Positions 1-10,285 of a stretch of DNA of 49,568 nucleotides are shown in pieces (the stretch's first letter is position 1; each line of letters opens with the position of its first letter). Origin of the DNA: Bacteroidota bacterium (GTDB lineage: Bacteria; Bacteroidota; Bacteroidia; AKYH767-A; 2013-40CM-41-45); NCBI GenBank assembly GCA_031361545.1, contig JANLRG010000361.1:1-49568 (forward strand), given 5' to 3'. The notes beneath the pieces were generated by a model that searched no databases, was not told the DNA's origin, and was given only the letters and a program-made list of their open reading frames with translations. Both the position numbers and the translations under genes were made by a program.

Positions 1-1361
1 AAAGAAGCGAAGTTTTGTCCCTCTGCCAATTCCTTCTTCATAATTTTAAGATCATGATGTAATTCTTGTTCTCTTCTGTAAAATATTTCCATCGATTCTT
101 TTGGCGATCGAATCATTTGGTACAACTGCAAAGAATTAACTTCTCTATCTCCGTTCAGCAGCACTTCTTTGATTGGACGTTTGCAAGAAAAAATAATAAT
201 TCCAACAAAAAAAATGTCCCTCGTTGATTTCGAAATACTAATAAATTTTATCTCTGAAAAAAAATAGATTGTCATTGGAATAAAAAGCAAAGAGCAAATC
301 CATACATATCGTGCATGAATTAAAATTAAAGAATACCCGCCATACATTCCGATGATTGTTGCCAGAGATAATTTAATCCAAAGCGGGATGTCATTTTCTT
401 TCTTCCTAAAAAATAAAAACAAAACGAATGAAAGAATAAATAGCACCCCAAATTGATTTCTAAAATCAGAGTAATAAATGCTATATAAATTTCGCTCGAC
501 GACTTTTGCATAGTGAATCGGATCTTTCAACGGATTCAATGGTGTTAGTTGTACTTGCGATCCCGGCTCTTCCCAAGCACTGATGGCTTCTGAATTTGAT
601 GGCGGCAATAATCCGCCAGATAACACTGGCAGTTTTACAATTTGATTTTTAACTGGCGCAACTTCATAGGTTAAATTAAATCGAGCAGACTCTGATAGTG
701 TGAAATGCTGATGATGAATAGAAATTAAGATGATCCATCCACCCCAAATTATCAAGAGCGGTTTGATGATTTTTTTTTTCACGTAGGTAGGAATGAACTC
801 GCCTTTCATTCTCCAAGCGATAATAAACAAAAAAACGAAAATGAAAAGTCCAAATGATTTCGTGAGATACAATGCTGCGCCGTACCCACCTAATTCACTT
901 CCATCGCTTTTTTTCTCCAACCAGTTAACCAGAGCTATTATATATGCCAGTAAAATTCCTACAAATAATAAATCGGGCGTTAAATTGATGAGTGCAAAAT
1001 TCACAACAAAAGGAATGCAAGCATAGCCGATTACTTTTTTTATTTGAAGAGGAATATTTACGAAAGAAAGTAATTTCAACCACTGACTAATTACAAAAAG
1101 ACCAATTATTATTTGTAAATATTTGAAGGCATCTATTCCATCTTTAAAAAGTACAATCAATGGTGCGAGCAGCCAACTTATCACAGGGCTCCAGTACCCA
1201 TTAAAAACAAACTGCCATTTCCCTTTAATAATATGTTCTGCAATGGAAATGTATTGAAACGAATCAGGGTTATCTACATAATAACGAACAAAGGGCCAAA
1301 CCCAGGCACAGGCCAGTAAATAAAGGGCTGAAATTAAAATTTGATCTCTTTTTGTCAACAT
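1..1361 (-). CDS. Polytopic membrane protein, probable GT-C fold (ArnT/PMT-like) glycosyltransferase; partial, runs off the left edge
   Basis: Not in the ORF track because there is no stop in the window. Manual translation from ATG at 1361 gives MLTKRDQILISALYLLACAWVWPFVRYYVDNPDSFQYISIAEHIIKGKWQFVFNGYWSPVISWLLAPL. This is a first TM helix followed by a D..Y loop and NGYWSP, typical of GT-C proteins. The same frame is open at the window edge (..HHDLKIMKKELAEGQNFAS); I did not check every internal codon. Confidence 0.7.
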   Translation of the reverse strand, partial: MLTKRDQILISALYLLACAWVWPFVRYYVDNPDSFQYISIAEHIIKGKWQFVFNGYWSPVISWLLAPLIVLFKDGIDAFKYLQIIIGLFVISQWLKLLSFVNIPLQIKKVIGYACIPFVVNFALINLTPDLLFVGILLAYIIALVNWLEKKSDGSELGGYGAALYLTKSFGLFIFVFLFIIAWRMKGEFIPTYVKKKIIKPLLIIWGGWIILISIHHQHFTLSESARFNLTYEVAPVKNQIVKLPVLSGGLLPPSNSEAISAWEEPGSQVQLTPLNPLKDPIHYAKVVERNLYSIYYSDFRNQFGVLFILSFVLFLFFRKKENDIPLWIKLSLATIIGMYGGYSLILIHARYVWICSLLFIPMTIYFFSEIKFISISKSTRDIFFVGIIIFSCKRPIKEVLLNGDREVNSLQLYQMIRSPKESMEIFYRREQELHHDLKIMKKELAEGQNFAS

Positions 1362-1383
1362 ATTGAATAGTGCAAAATAGAAA

Positions 1384-1425
1384 AAAATATCTTGCCCTGC
1401 CCTTAAGGGCCGGGCAAGATATTTT
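1384..1425. repeat. 42-bp near-perfect palindrome between divergent genes
   Basis: aaaatatcttgccctgccctt / aagggccgggcaagatatttt: 21-bp arms with one mismatch and no loop. Confidence 0.9.
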
Positions 1426-1440
1426 AAAAGATATTTTAAG

Positions 1441-1448
1441 TACATTTG
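1441..1448 (+). promoter_or_regulatory. Bacteroidota sigma70 -7 box (TAnnTTTG) for the aldehyde dehydrogenase
   Basis: TACATTTG ending 37 nt before ATG 1486. Confidence 0.65.
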
Positions 1449-1485
1449 CGGTCTCTAAAAAATTTATAATTCAATCTCTCATAAA

Positions 1486-3057
1486 ATGAAATCTGAAACA
1501 TTAGCCGCTCAAGATTACGGCATTGCAGAAGTGCTAACAACACTTGGTATTCAAAATATAAATCGTGGCGCAAGTACAGGTACTGTTTGGTTAGATACAA
1601 AAGGCGAAGACATTGACTCTTATTCTCCTGCAGATGGTGCTTTGATTGCGAAGATCAAGCAAGCGACAACCGCGGATTACGAAACGGTAATGAAAAAAGC
1701 TGAAGAGGCCTTTAAGGTATGGCGAATGATGCCTGCCCCTAAGCGTGGCGAAATTGTTCGTCAGATGGGCGATCAACTTAGAAAATATAAAGAACCTCTG
1801 GGTAAACTTGTTTCTTATGAAATGGGAAAAATTTATCAGGAAGGTTTAGGAGAGGTACAAGAAATGATTGACATCTGTGATTTCGCAGTGGGTCTTTCTC
1901 GTCAGCTTTATGGTTTGACAATGCATAGCGAGCGTCCGCGCCATCGTATGTATGAACAATATCACCCACTAGGAATTATCGGTGTCATTTCTGCATTTAA
2001 TTTTCCAGTTGCAGTCTGGGCTTGGAATGCTATGCTAGGCTTGGTTTGTGGCGATACAATCGTTTGGAAACCGAGTTCAAAAGTGATGCTTTCTGCTCTC
2101 GCTGTACAAAATATTCTTGCAGATGTACTGAAGAAAAATGACGTACCAGAAGGTGTTGTCAATTTATTAGCAGCAAGTTCAAAATATGTTGGCGATAATT
2201 TCTTAGCGGATCATCGTGTGCCATTAATTTCAGCAACAGGTTCAACACGTGTTGGTAAACGTGTCGGTTCAATTGTTGGAGAACGTTTAGGTCGCTCGTT
2301 ACTGGAGCTCGGTGGGAACAATGCAATTATCATAACAGAAAATGCAGATCTTGAAATGGCCTTAAGGGCCGTCCTATTTGGCTCTGTCGGTACTGCCGGA
2401 CAACGTTGCACTTCTACCCGCCGCTTGATCATTCACGAATCAGTTTATGAAACTTTCAAATCTAAACTAATTAACTCCTACAAACATATTCGTATCGGAC
2501 ATCCTCTAGACTCAAAAACATTAGTCGGTCCTTTAATCGATAAAGGTGCAGTAAAAGATTTCCATGCTGCAATCGAACGTGTAAAAAATGAAGGTGGTAC
2601 AATTTTATTTGGCGGACAATCGATGGAAGGCGAAGGATTTGAAAGCGGATGTTACGTAATGCCATGTATTGCTGAAGCTCCAGGAAATTTGCCAATTGTT
2701 TGCGATGAAACTTTTGCCCCGTTGTTATATATGATGAAATATAAAACAATGGACGAAGCAATTGTATTACACAACGGTGTTCCTCAAGGATTATCTTCTG
2801 CAATTTTTTCTCGAAACATGTTAGAGACAGAAGCGTTTTTATCTCATGAAGGAAGCGATTGCGGAATTGCAAACGTAAACATCGGAACAAGTGGTGCAGA
2901 AATTGGTGGTGCCTTTGGTGGTGAAAAAGAAACTGGTGGCGGACGCGAGTCTGGAAGTGATGCTTGGAAAATTTATATGCGCCGACAAACAAATACAATT
3001 AACTGGTCAACAGAATTGCCATTAGCACAGGGAATTGTTTTCGAAACAGGGGAATAA
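1486..3057 (+). CDS. amaB: Aldehyde dehydrogenase family 7 (L-piperideine-6-carboxylate / aminoadipate-semialdehyde dehydrogenase)
   Basis: ISAFNFPVAVWAWN, LELGGNNA, GTAGQRCTS catalytic Cys, and GAEIGGAFGGEKETGGGRESGSDAWK signature of ALDH7. Confidence 0.9.
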   Translation: MKSETLAAQDYGIAEVLTTLGIQNINRGASTGTVWLDTKGEDIDSYSPADGALIAKIKQATTADYETVMKKAEEAFKVWRMMPAPKRGEIVRQMGDQLRKYKEPLGKLVSYEMGKIYQEGLGEVQEMIDICDFAVGLSRQLYGLTMHSERPRHRMYEQYHPLGIIGVISAFNFPVAVWAWNAMLGLVCGDTIVWKPSSKVMLSALAVQNILADVLKKNDVPEGVVNLLAASSKYVGDNFLADHRVPLISATGSTRVGKRVGSIVGERLGRSLLELGGNNAIIITENADLEMALRAVLFGSVGTAGQRCTSTRRLIIHESVYETFKSKLINSYKHIRIGHPLDSKTLVGPLIDKGAVKDFHAAIERVKNEGGTILFGGQSMEGEGFESGCYVMPCIAEAPGNLPIVCDETFAPLLYMMKYKTMDEAIVLHNGVPQGLSSAIFSRNMLETEAFLSHEGSDCGIANVNIGTSGAEIGGAFGGEKETGGGRESGSDAWKIYMRRQTNTINWSTELPLAQGIVFETGE

Positions 3058-3075
3058 TTTTTATTTTATACTTTG

Positions 3076-3109
3076 AAAAAGCGTCATCATAATTGGTGAC
3101 GCTTTTTTT
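3076..3109 (+). terminator. Rho-independent terminator
   Basis: aaaaagcgtcatca-taat-tggtgacgc-ttttttt just after the ALDH stop. Confidence 0.85.
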
Positions 3110-3224
3110 ATTTTTACTTCGAAAATAAAATTAAAACTATTCCAAAATTTACAGATTGAATCCAATATCTTCGCTCGATCTCAAATTTTAATTTTCCTAT
3201 CTTTACGATTCAACTTCATACCAA

Positions 3225-4421
3225 ATGAAATACGGATTTTTTTTATTCGCCCTCATTCTCTGCACAACATCTTTTGCTCAAATTAATAATGGGATTTGGC
3301 GTGGAGAACTTATTCTTCACGATACATTATCTCTTCCTTTCAATTTTGAAGTAGTGGGTAATAAAGCAACTATTAAAAATGCAGAAGAAAGAATTGATGC
3401 AACTATCATTCATAAACAAGATAGCGACGTCATCAGGCTTCCCGATTTCGATGCAGAAATTCATTTTGCTAATTTGGATGGATTGCTAATCGGTGAGTTT
3501 TTTAATCTCTCACGAAAGACTGAAAATGTAATTCCTTTTCGGGCGATAAATAATACCAGCTATCGATTTTTTGATAAGCCAGAAAAAACTACAGCCAACA
3601 TCTCCGGAAAATGGAAGGTAAAATTTGATGGAGAAGACGACGAAAATAAATTTAGTGTGGGAAACTTTAAGCAAGAAGGAAATCATGTTACCGGAACATT
3701 TTTAACCACTACAGGAGATTATCGATATCTCGAAGGAGAATTTGGAGGCAATCAATTATTCCTTTCTTGTTTCGATGGCGGGCATTCTTTTTTATTTACT
3801 GCAGAATATAAAAACAATCAATTAGTCAACGGGCATTATTTCTCCGGTAATCATTGGCACGACACCTGGTCTGCAACACCAGATGAAAATTTTAAACTTC
3901 CAGACGAAAGATCATTCACACATTTGAAAGATGGTTTTTCTAAAATCGAATTCACTTTTCCTGATGTTAATAGTAAAATGATTTCGTTGTCGGATGACCA
4001 ATTCAAAAACAAAGTTGTTATCATTCAAATTATGGGAACTTGGTGCCCTAACTGTTTAGATGAAACAAGATATTTATCGAAGTGGTTCAACGAAAGAAAA
4101 AATGATGATGTAAAAATTATCGGATTAGATTTTGAAAAAATTATAGATACGACAGTAGCCTTTAAAAACATTAGAAGAATGGTGGACAGATATACTATCA
4201 ATTATCCTGTGGTCTTTGCTGGCAGTGCTATACGAAGTGAAGCCAGCAAATCATTGCCGATGTTAAATCGTGTCTTTGCCTTTCCAACTACAATTTACAT
4301 TAGTAGAGACGGAACAGTAAGAGAAATTAGTTCTGGTTTTAATGGGCCTGCAACCGGACAATATTTTGAAGATTATAAAGCCAACTTTAATAAGTTAATT
4401 GAGGAAATGATTTCAAAATAA
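3225..4421 (+). CDS. Exported TlpA-family disulfide reductase (C-terminal thioredoxin-like domain)
   Basis: Signal peptide; GTWCPNC; FPTTIYISRDG cis-Pro loop. Confidence 0.85.
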   Translation: MKYGFFLFALILCTTSFAQINNGIWRGELILHDTLSLPFNFEVVGNKATIKNAEERIDATIIHKQDSDVIRLPDFDAEIHFANLDGLLIGEFFNLSRKTENVIPFRAINNTSYRFFDKPEKTTANISGKWKVKFDGEDDENKFSVGNFKQEGNHVTGTFLTTTGDYRYLEGEFGGNQLFLSCFDGGHSFLFTAEYKNNQLVNGHYFSGNHWHDTWSATPDENFKLPDERSFTHLKDGFSKIEFTFPDVNSKMISLSDDQFKNKVVIIQIMGTWCPNCLDETRYLSKWFNERKNDDVKIIGLDFEKIIDTTVAFKNIRRMVDRYTINYPVVFAGSAIRSEASKSLPMLNRVFAFPTTIYISRDGTVREISSGFNGPATGQYFEDYKANFNKLIEEMISK

Positions 4422-4486
4422 ATAATTGATTTTCCGCTCACAAATCAATCGTCCAACTCAAGCAGAAATTATTAAATTCGCAGTCA

Positions 4487-5371
4487 ATGGGAAATATCAT
4501 ATCAGCATTGTTTTATTATCTGGTTCTCTTGCCAATTTCATTATTGCCATTTCCAATAATGTATTTACTTTCAGATTTATTTTTTATTATTCTCTATTAC
4601 ATTTTTCCCTACAGAAAAAAATTAGTTCAGAAAAATATTCGTAATTCATTTCCTGAAAAATCAGATAAAGAAATTTCTGCCATCACCAAAAAATTCTATC
4701 GACATTTTTGTGATATCGTTTTTGAAACTTTGAAAGTTTTTACAGTTTCTACAGTTGCCTTAAATAAAAGGGTAACACTTGAGAACACGGATCTCCTTAA
4801 TGATTATTACAATAAAGGCAAAAGTGTTATTCTTGTCACCGGCCATTACGGAAATTGGGAATGGCCTGCTGTCACACTTCCATTTCATAGCCGCCATAAA
4901 GGTTCAGGGATTTACGCTCCATTGTCAAATAAATATTTTGATACTAAACTCCGATCTACAAGAGCACGATTTGGAATTCAATTAATGTCAACCCGACAAG
5001 TGCAGGATTTTTTTGAAAATACAAAGGGGGAATTATTTTCTTATGGATTTATAAATGACCAATCACCTTCAAAGCCTGAGAAAGGCCATTGGATGAAATT
5101 TCTAAATCAAGATACGTGCATGTTATTGGGTGCTGAAAAATATGCACGGCTTTATAATTACCCAGTCATTTATGGTAAAATTATTAAAGTGAAAAGAGGA
5201 TATTACAAATTGATTTATGAATTAGTAAGCGACAATCCAATTAGCGAAGCTCCTTTTGCGATCACAGAAAAATGTGCAAAGATCAATGAGAAGCTAATTT
5301 CATCCGATCCTGCTTATTGGTTGTGGACGCATCGCAGATGGAAACACAAATTTGTTCCAACAAATAAATAA
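4487..5371 (+). CDS. Lipid A late acyltransferase (LpxL/HtrB family)
   Basis: N-terminal TM, GHYGNWE, DQSP, YWLWTHRRWK. Confidence 0.85.
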   Translation: MGNIISALFYYLVLLPISLLPFPIMYLLSDLFFIILYYIFPYRKKLVQKNIRNSFPEKSDKEISAITKKFYRHFCDIVFETLKVFTVSTVALNKRVTLENTDLLNDYYNKGKSVILVTGHYGNWEWPAVTLPFHSRHKGSGIYAPLSNKYFDTKLRSTRARFGIQLMSTRQVQDFFENTKGELFSYGFINDQSPSKPEKGHWMKFLNQDTCMLLGAEKYARLYNYPVIYGKIIKVKRGYYKLIYELVSDNPISEAPFAITEKCAKINEKLISSDPAYWLWTHRRWKHKFVPTNK

Positions 5372-5372
5372 T

Positions 5373-7487
5373 TTATTCTTCGCTCCCTATGTAAATAATT
5401 TTACCTTGTCTATCTACATAAATTAAGCGAGTGCTGCTGACCCCACGAATAATTTGATCGCTTATTAAATTGATGCTAACATAAGCACAAGGTAAAATCA
5501 GTGCAGCATTTTTTGTTATCAAGCCCAAATTATTTTCTTTTGTAATATATACTAAGCCATCTTTTAAAGTAATGTGATCATACAATGGAAGCACACTGAA
5601 ATTCCCAGAAGTATCAATAAGTCCATACATTCCTTTTTGTTTAACGACTGCATATCCGCTTTCAAAAGAATTTACTTCTTCAAATTTATTTTGAATAATC
5701 ATTTTACCATTACTATCAGAAAAACCCCATTTCTTATTTTTCATCACTGGGTAAAATCCATTGTTAGGACAACCATAATTTTCGATTCCTGCAAAATTAA
5801 TTATCGTTCCAAGAGAATCTGCAACTAGTTGTTTTGACTTCGTCCGTAGAAGAACATATCCTTTGTCGAATTTTCCTGTATTTAAAACTAAATCAGAAAA
5901 TAAATACTTCAAAGGAATTTTAATGGCTCCCGTATCATTGACATATCCATACTTGCCATCTTTCGCAACTAAGGCAAGTCCATTTCCATATTCACCGACG
6001 GCATCATATATAAATGGAACCATTACTTGTCCATGAAAATTTAGAATTCCCCAATTGCCATTATTGGAAGCTTTCAGTCTGTCGTGACCAATAATTAGCA
6101 ACTCGTCGTACATTGGTTCAATTATGAATTTACCAAGAGAATTTATCGTTCCAAACTTATCGTTGACTGCCGCTATCGCAATTCCATCTTTAAAATCGTT
6201 TGCAAGATTGAAAATAAATCCTGTCAATGCTTTTCCTGTGGTTGTAATGTAGCCAGACTTTCCCCCTTTAACCGCAACGCAAATATTCTCTATTGGATCT
6301 GTGAGTTCTTCAAAACTTGGATCAATGACAAATTCACCCTTTCTATTTATTAATCCATACAAACTATCTTTCATTACGATCGCAAATCCGTCCTTAAATT
6401 TTTCAACATCATCATATAAAAAAGGTAAAACTATTTTTCCTGTTTTGTTTATATAACCATATTTATTATCCTTTTGAACCGAAGCTAAACCTTCTGAAAA
6501 AAAATCTGCCTCTTTAAATTGTTGGGCTATCATTTCTTGACCTTCTTCATTGATATAACCCCACTTATCATTTTTAACTACAGGAAGAAATATAAAATTC
6601 TGAATCTTATAATCAGACTCCATTTCATTTACAAAAGGATAGTCTGGAAAATTGTTTTTAAACTGCAAAAATGTCTTTTCTGAAAAATCTTTCATCGACA
6701 AAGAATAAATTTGTCTCCAAGCCATTGATGAAAATTCTGTGGAAGGATATTTTCTTGCAAAAGAAACATACTCATTAACTGATCCATGAACAATGCTCAA
6801 TTTATAAATCATTCTGTAGGCTTCATTTTTATACGGACTATCAGGATAATCATTGATGAATTTTTCGTAAGAAGGAATTGCATTAGAAATAGTTTGTTCT
6901 TCAAATAAACGTTGATTAAAAAGATCTAGTGCCTTTTCTGATTCTGGAGCTGCTGAATATTTTTTTCTGAAGTCTAAATAAGCCATCGACGAATTTATTT
7001 TTGATGCATTCCTAAAGGCTGCACTGTTTCTCAAGGCAATTACTTTTTGCTTTTCTGTGCAGGAAGAAAAATACAATAAGAAATGTTCGTATGCTTCCAA
7101 CGAGTCGGCCAACTCTACTCTATTGAATTCTGTAGAACAAATTTCATCACTTAAACTATTGATCGAAATCTCAGTTACTCCTAATTCAATGAAATATTTT
7201 TTTTCTTTTGAGGTCAATACACGAAATGTTGAATCAGAAATTAAAATATACTTTCGCGCAGAATCCAAATTAAAAAAAGGATTTTTTTCCATCGAAAATA
7301 TCTTGCTCAATCCAAATGCCGCTCCCGCAGGTTTTTTTTCAAGGCTCATTTCAAAATACTTCTTTGCCGAAAAATAATCGTAAACTTTTAAACGCTCAAA
7401 ACCAGATTCCAGTTTGTCTGCATGAGACGATTTTGCGAGTACTACGATAAACAAAAAGGCAACCCAATATTTAAGAGATAATTTCAT
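5373..7487 (-). CDS. WG-repeat-containing exported protein
   Basis: Signal peptide; many KWGYIN/KYGYIN..G..I...Y/F...F.EGLA.V repeats; N-terminal helical YEKFINDYPDS-type repeats. Confidence 0.85.
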   Translation of the reverse strand: MKLSLKYWVAFLFIVVLAKSSHADKLESGFERLKVYDYFSAKKYFEMSLEKKPAGAAFGLSKIFSMEKNPFFNLDSARKYILISDSTFRVLTSKEKKYFIELGVTEISINSLSDEICSTEFNRVELADSLEAYEHFLLYFSSCTEKQKVIALRNSAAFRNASKINSSMAYLDFRKKYSAAPESEKALDLFNQRLFEEQTISNAIPSYEKFINDYPDSPYKNEAYRMIYKLSIVHGSVNEYVSFARKYPSTEFSSMAWRQIYSLSMKDFSEKTFLQFKNNFPDYPFVNEMESDYKIQNFIFLPVVKNDKWGYINEEGQEMIAQQFKEADFFSEGLASVQKDNKYGYINKTGKIVLPFLYDDVEKFKDGFAIVMKDSLYGLINRKGEFVIDPSFEELTDPIENICVAVKGGKSGYITTTGKALTGFIFNLANDFKDGIAIAAVNDKFGTINSLGKFIIEPMYDELLIIGHDRLKASNNGNWGILNFHGQVMVPFIYDAVGEYGNGLALVAKDGKYGYVNDTGAIKIPLKYLFSDLVLNTGKFDKGYVLLRTKSKQLVADSLGTIINFAGIENYGCPNNGFYPVMKNKKWGFSDSNGKMIIQNKFEEVNSFESGYAVVKQKGMYGLIDTSGNFSVLPLYDHITLKDGLVYITKENNLGLITKNAALILPCAYVSINLISDQIIRGVSSTRLIYVDRQGKIIYIGSEE

Positions 7488-7542
7488 CAGGTAAAAATAG
7501 TTTAAAATCTGTTTTTAAAATACAAATAAAACATCAACCAAA

Positions 7543-8100
7543 TTATTTGAACAATTTCTCGGGAAGTTTTTTTGGAAATCTTCCTTCATGGCCTTTAAAA
7601 AAATCTAGAATGACTTTTTCATCCACTAATTTATCTCCGCTAGGGAAATAGGGATCAGCTATAACAACTACTTTTTTCTTATAGTCAAATGATGCCAAAA
7701 CCAATGGTATATTTGCTTTGATTGCTATATAATAAAACCCAGTTTTCCATTCTGGGACAAACTTACGTGTGCCTTCTGGAGTTATGGCAATAGAAAACTC
7801 CTCATGCTGATTGAAAATATCAACTACTGCATCGACCAAGTTGGTTTTTTGGGATCGATCTACTGGATATCCACCTAGCTTTCTAAACAACCAACCAAAT
7901 GGCCATTTAAAAAGTTCCTTTTTTGCCAAGTATGATGCTTTGAATTTTAAGATACTTCTTACAGAGACGCCAATTAAAAAATCATAATTACTTGTATGTG
8001 GTGCAACGATGATAATATACTTTTTTAAATTAGGCATCTTTCCACTTATTTTCCAACCAGCAAGATTCATAAAAAATAATTTAAATAACCCTCTTATCAT
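7543..8100 (-). CDS. 1-acyl-sn-glycerol-3-phosphate acyltransferase (PlsC family)
   Basis: APHTSNYD (HX4D) and ITPEGTRK motifs. Confidence 0.85.
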   Translation of the reverse strand: MIRGLFKLFFMNLAGWKISGKMPNLKKYIIIVAPHTSNYDFLIGVSVRSILKFKASYLAKKELFKWPFGWLFRKLGGYPVDRSQKTNLVDAVVDIFNQHEEFSIAITPEGTRKFVPEWKTGFYYIAIKANIPLVLASFDYKKKVVVIADPYFPSGDKLVDEKVILDFFKGHEGRFPKKLPEKLFK

Positions 8101-8516
8101 TTGCCTGTAAGTTTAACTTTATATTTTTCTTTCATTTTAGAAATCTGTTCCTCAGAAACATCATGTACATTTTTATTTCCATGATAATTCTCAACAGTCA
8201 CTACATGGATTGGACAGTTGAATTTTTCAGCGATTATAAAATAGGGCTGCATCTCCCAATCAAGTGTGAATGTATTATCGACCAATATTAATGGTTTACC
8301 TTCCGCGACAGCTTTCTCTGTGTTTGTCTCACATTGTTTATAAGCTAAATGGTTTCTTGTGAAATCGAATTTGTATTCGCCATCTTCATTTGTAAAATAA
8401 TCATCTACAGAAAAAACAGGATGTTGTCCATTACATGATAACGCTCTTGCTAAGGTTGACTTCCCGCTTCCTGGAAGGCCACGAAGCAGCACAATACTAT
8501 GTTTTGATCTATCCAT
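8097..8516 (-). CDS. AAA_33 / N4BP2-like P-loop kinase
   Basis: LRGLPGSGKST Walker A, SVDDYF, VDNT, NVHDV; 4-nt overlap with the downstream acyltransferase. Confidence 0.8.
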   Translation of the reverse strand: MDRSKHSIVLLRGLPGSGKSTLARALSCNGQHPVFSVDDYFTNEDGEYKFDFTRNHLAYKQCETNTEKAVAEGKPLILVDNTFTLDWEMQPYFIIAEKFNCPIHVVTVENYHGNKNVHDVSEEQISKMKEKYKVKLTGK

Positions 8517-8713
8517 TGAACATATTCTTAAAGCAAATATAGGCTAATTATTCTCAGATTTCATTCCCAAATTTTAACGCTTCCTCCTACTAGAAGGATC
8601 ATCAAGATGCACCTCAATTTTAATTTTAATTTGTACCTTCGATTTTTATTACTCGCATCAAATAAAGAGCGCGAATAACATTATTAACTCATAGCAAAAC
8701 AAATTTTATAAAT

Positions 8714-9280
8714 ATGAATATTACTCTCGTTTTAAGTTCTGTTCGTGAATCAAGAATTGCCTTACGTGTTTTAGAAAAAGTAAAACTCCTCATTGGAAAT
8801 AAGTTCACCTTTAACGTTATTGATCCAAAGGAATTCGATTTGCCATTACTCAATTTGCGTTTTTACGAAATGAAAAATCCTGAGGAAAAATTTGTTCGTC
8901 TGCACAATACATTTAATGAGGCTGATGGCTTTCTAATTATAACAGCAGAATATAATCATGGTATTCCTCCTGCTCTAAAAAATATGCTCGATCATTTTGG
9001 AAAAGAATTTAGTCACAAATCTTGTGGCATCGTTTCTTATTCTGATGGAGCCATTGGCGGCGCAAGATGTACTGAACAACTCAGACTTGTATGTTCTACA
9101 TTGGGAATGCCACCAATTTCCATTTCACCAGCTTGGGGCCTTGCCAATAAATCTGGTACGCCAGAAGGAAAACCTTTTGAAGATGGGTTTGAAAAAACTT
9201 TCCCTGTTTTTCTTAAAGAATTTATTTGGATGACAGAAGCGCTTTCCGACAAGAGAATGAGAGACACTTCATCCAACTAA
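8714..9280 (+). CDS. NADPH-dependent FMN reductase
   Basis: SSVRESR, AEYNHGIPPALKNMLDH, SYS.G..GGAR. Confidence 0.9.
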   Translation: MNITLVLSSVRESRIALRVLEKVKLLIGNKFTFNVIDPKEFDLPLLNLRFYEMKNPEEKFVRLHNTFNEADGFLIITAEYNHGIPPALKNMLDHFGKEFSHKSCGIVSYSDGAIGGARCTEQLRLVCSTLGMPPISISPAWGLANKSGTPEGKPFEDGFEKTFPVFLKEFIWMTEALSDKRMRDTSSN

Positions 9281-9370
9281 TTTGAAAAAAATAGTTGGAA
9301 AGAGAAAAGTCATTTTAATTTAATCTACAAAAAATAATTTAGTGCTTTAAAATTAGCAAAATTTATTTGA

Positions 9371-10279
9371 ATGGAATATAAAGACTATTACAAAACCTTA
9401 GGCGTTTCTAAAACTGCCACGCAAGACGAAATTAAAAAGGCTTTTCGAAAACTTGCTGTGAAATATCATCCTGATAAAAATCCTGGCGATAAAAAAGCAG
9501 AAGAGAAATTTAAGGAAGCCAATGAAGCCAATGAAGTGTTGAGCGACAAAGACAAACGCCAGAAGTATGACGAAATGGGATCCAACTGGAAACATTACGA
9601 GCAACAAGAAGCAGCACGAAAAGCTTCTGGAGGTCGGCAACAATATTCAGGTGGCGGGTTTGATCAAGGATTTGGTGGTGGTGCGTTTTCTGATTTCTTT
9701 GAATCGTTTTTTGGAGGAAGTAATAGTAGTTTTTCTGGATTCAACCAACAACAAGCACCGCGTTCTAGAAGAGGACAAGATTTAGAAGCAGAGATGGACA
9801 TTTCCTTGGACGAAGCATTTCATGGAACGAGCAGACAAGTTAATGTTGATGGACAAAAAATAAGTTTCAAATTGAAGGCTGGAAGTTACGAAGGACAGGT
9901 TCTTCGAATGAAAGGTAAAGGACGGGCTGGTTATAATAATGGAACGAATGGCGATTTACTTATTACACTTCATATTGCAAAAGATTCTCGCTTTGAAATA
10001 AAAGGTCATGATTTATATTTCGATCAAATGATAGATCCAGTTACTGCTGTTCTTGGTGGGAAAATAAATATTCAAGCTATCGAGAAAACAATTAAGATGG
10101 ATATTCCTGCCGGCACCGATAGTCTGAAATCTTTTCGTTTAAGAAATATGGGAATGCCATTTCATGATGATCCAGAAAGAAGAGGTGATGCTTATGTCCG
10201 AATTATTATTCATACTCCTAAAAACTTGAGCGAAAAAGAAAAAGCTAATTGGGAAAAGCTTAGAGAAGGAAGGGAATAA
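9371..10279 (+). CDS. cbpA: CbpA-like class II J-domain protein (no zinc finger)
   Basis: [14 protein letters not shown]-domain, G/F-rich linker, [10 protein letters not shown], DnaJ C-terminal domains, no CXXCXGXG. Confidence 0.8.
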   Translation: MEYKDYYKTLGVSKTATQDEIKKAFRKLAVKYHPDKNPGDKKAEEKFKEANEANEVLSDKDKRQKYDEMGSNWKHYEQQEAARKASGGRQQYSGGGFDQGFGGGAFSDFFESFFGGSNSSFSGFNQQQAPRSRRGQDLEAEMDISLDEAFHGTSRQVNVDGQKISFKLKAGSYEGQVLRMKGKGRAGYNNGTNGDLLITLHIAKDSRFEIKGHDLYFDQMIDPVTAVLGGKINIQAIEKTIKMDIPAGTDSLKSFRLRNMGMPFHDDPERRGDAYVRIIIHTPKNLSEKEKANWEKLREGRE

Positions 10280-10285
10280 GAAATA

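Noticed and set aside
326-1026. ORFs 326..511(-) and 793..1026(+)
   Set aside because: Alternate-frame and antisense shadows of the long membrane gene 1..1361.
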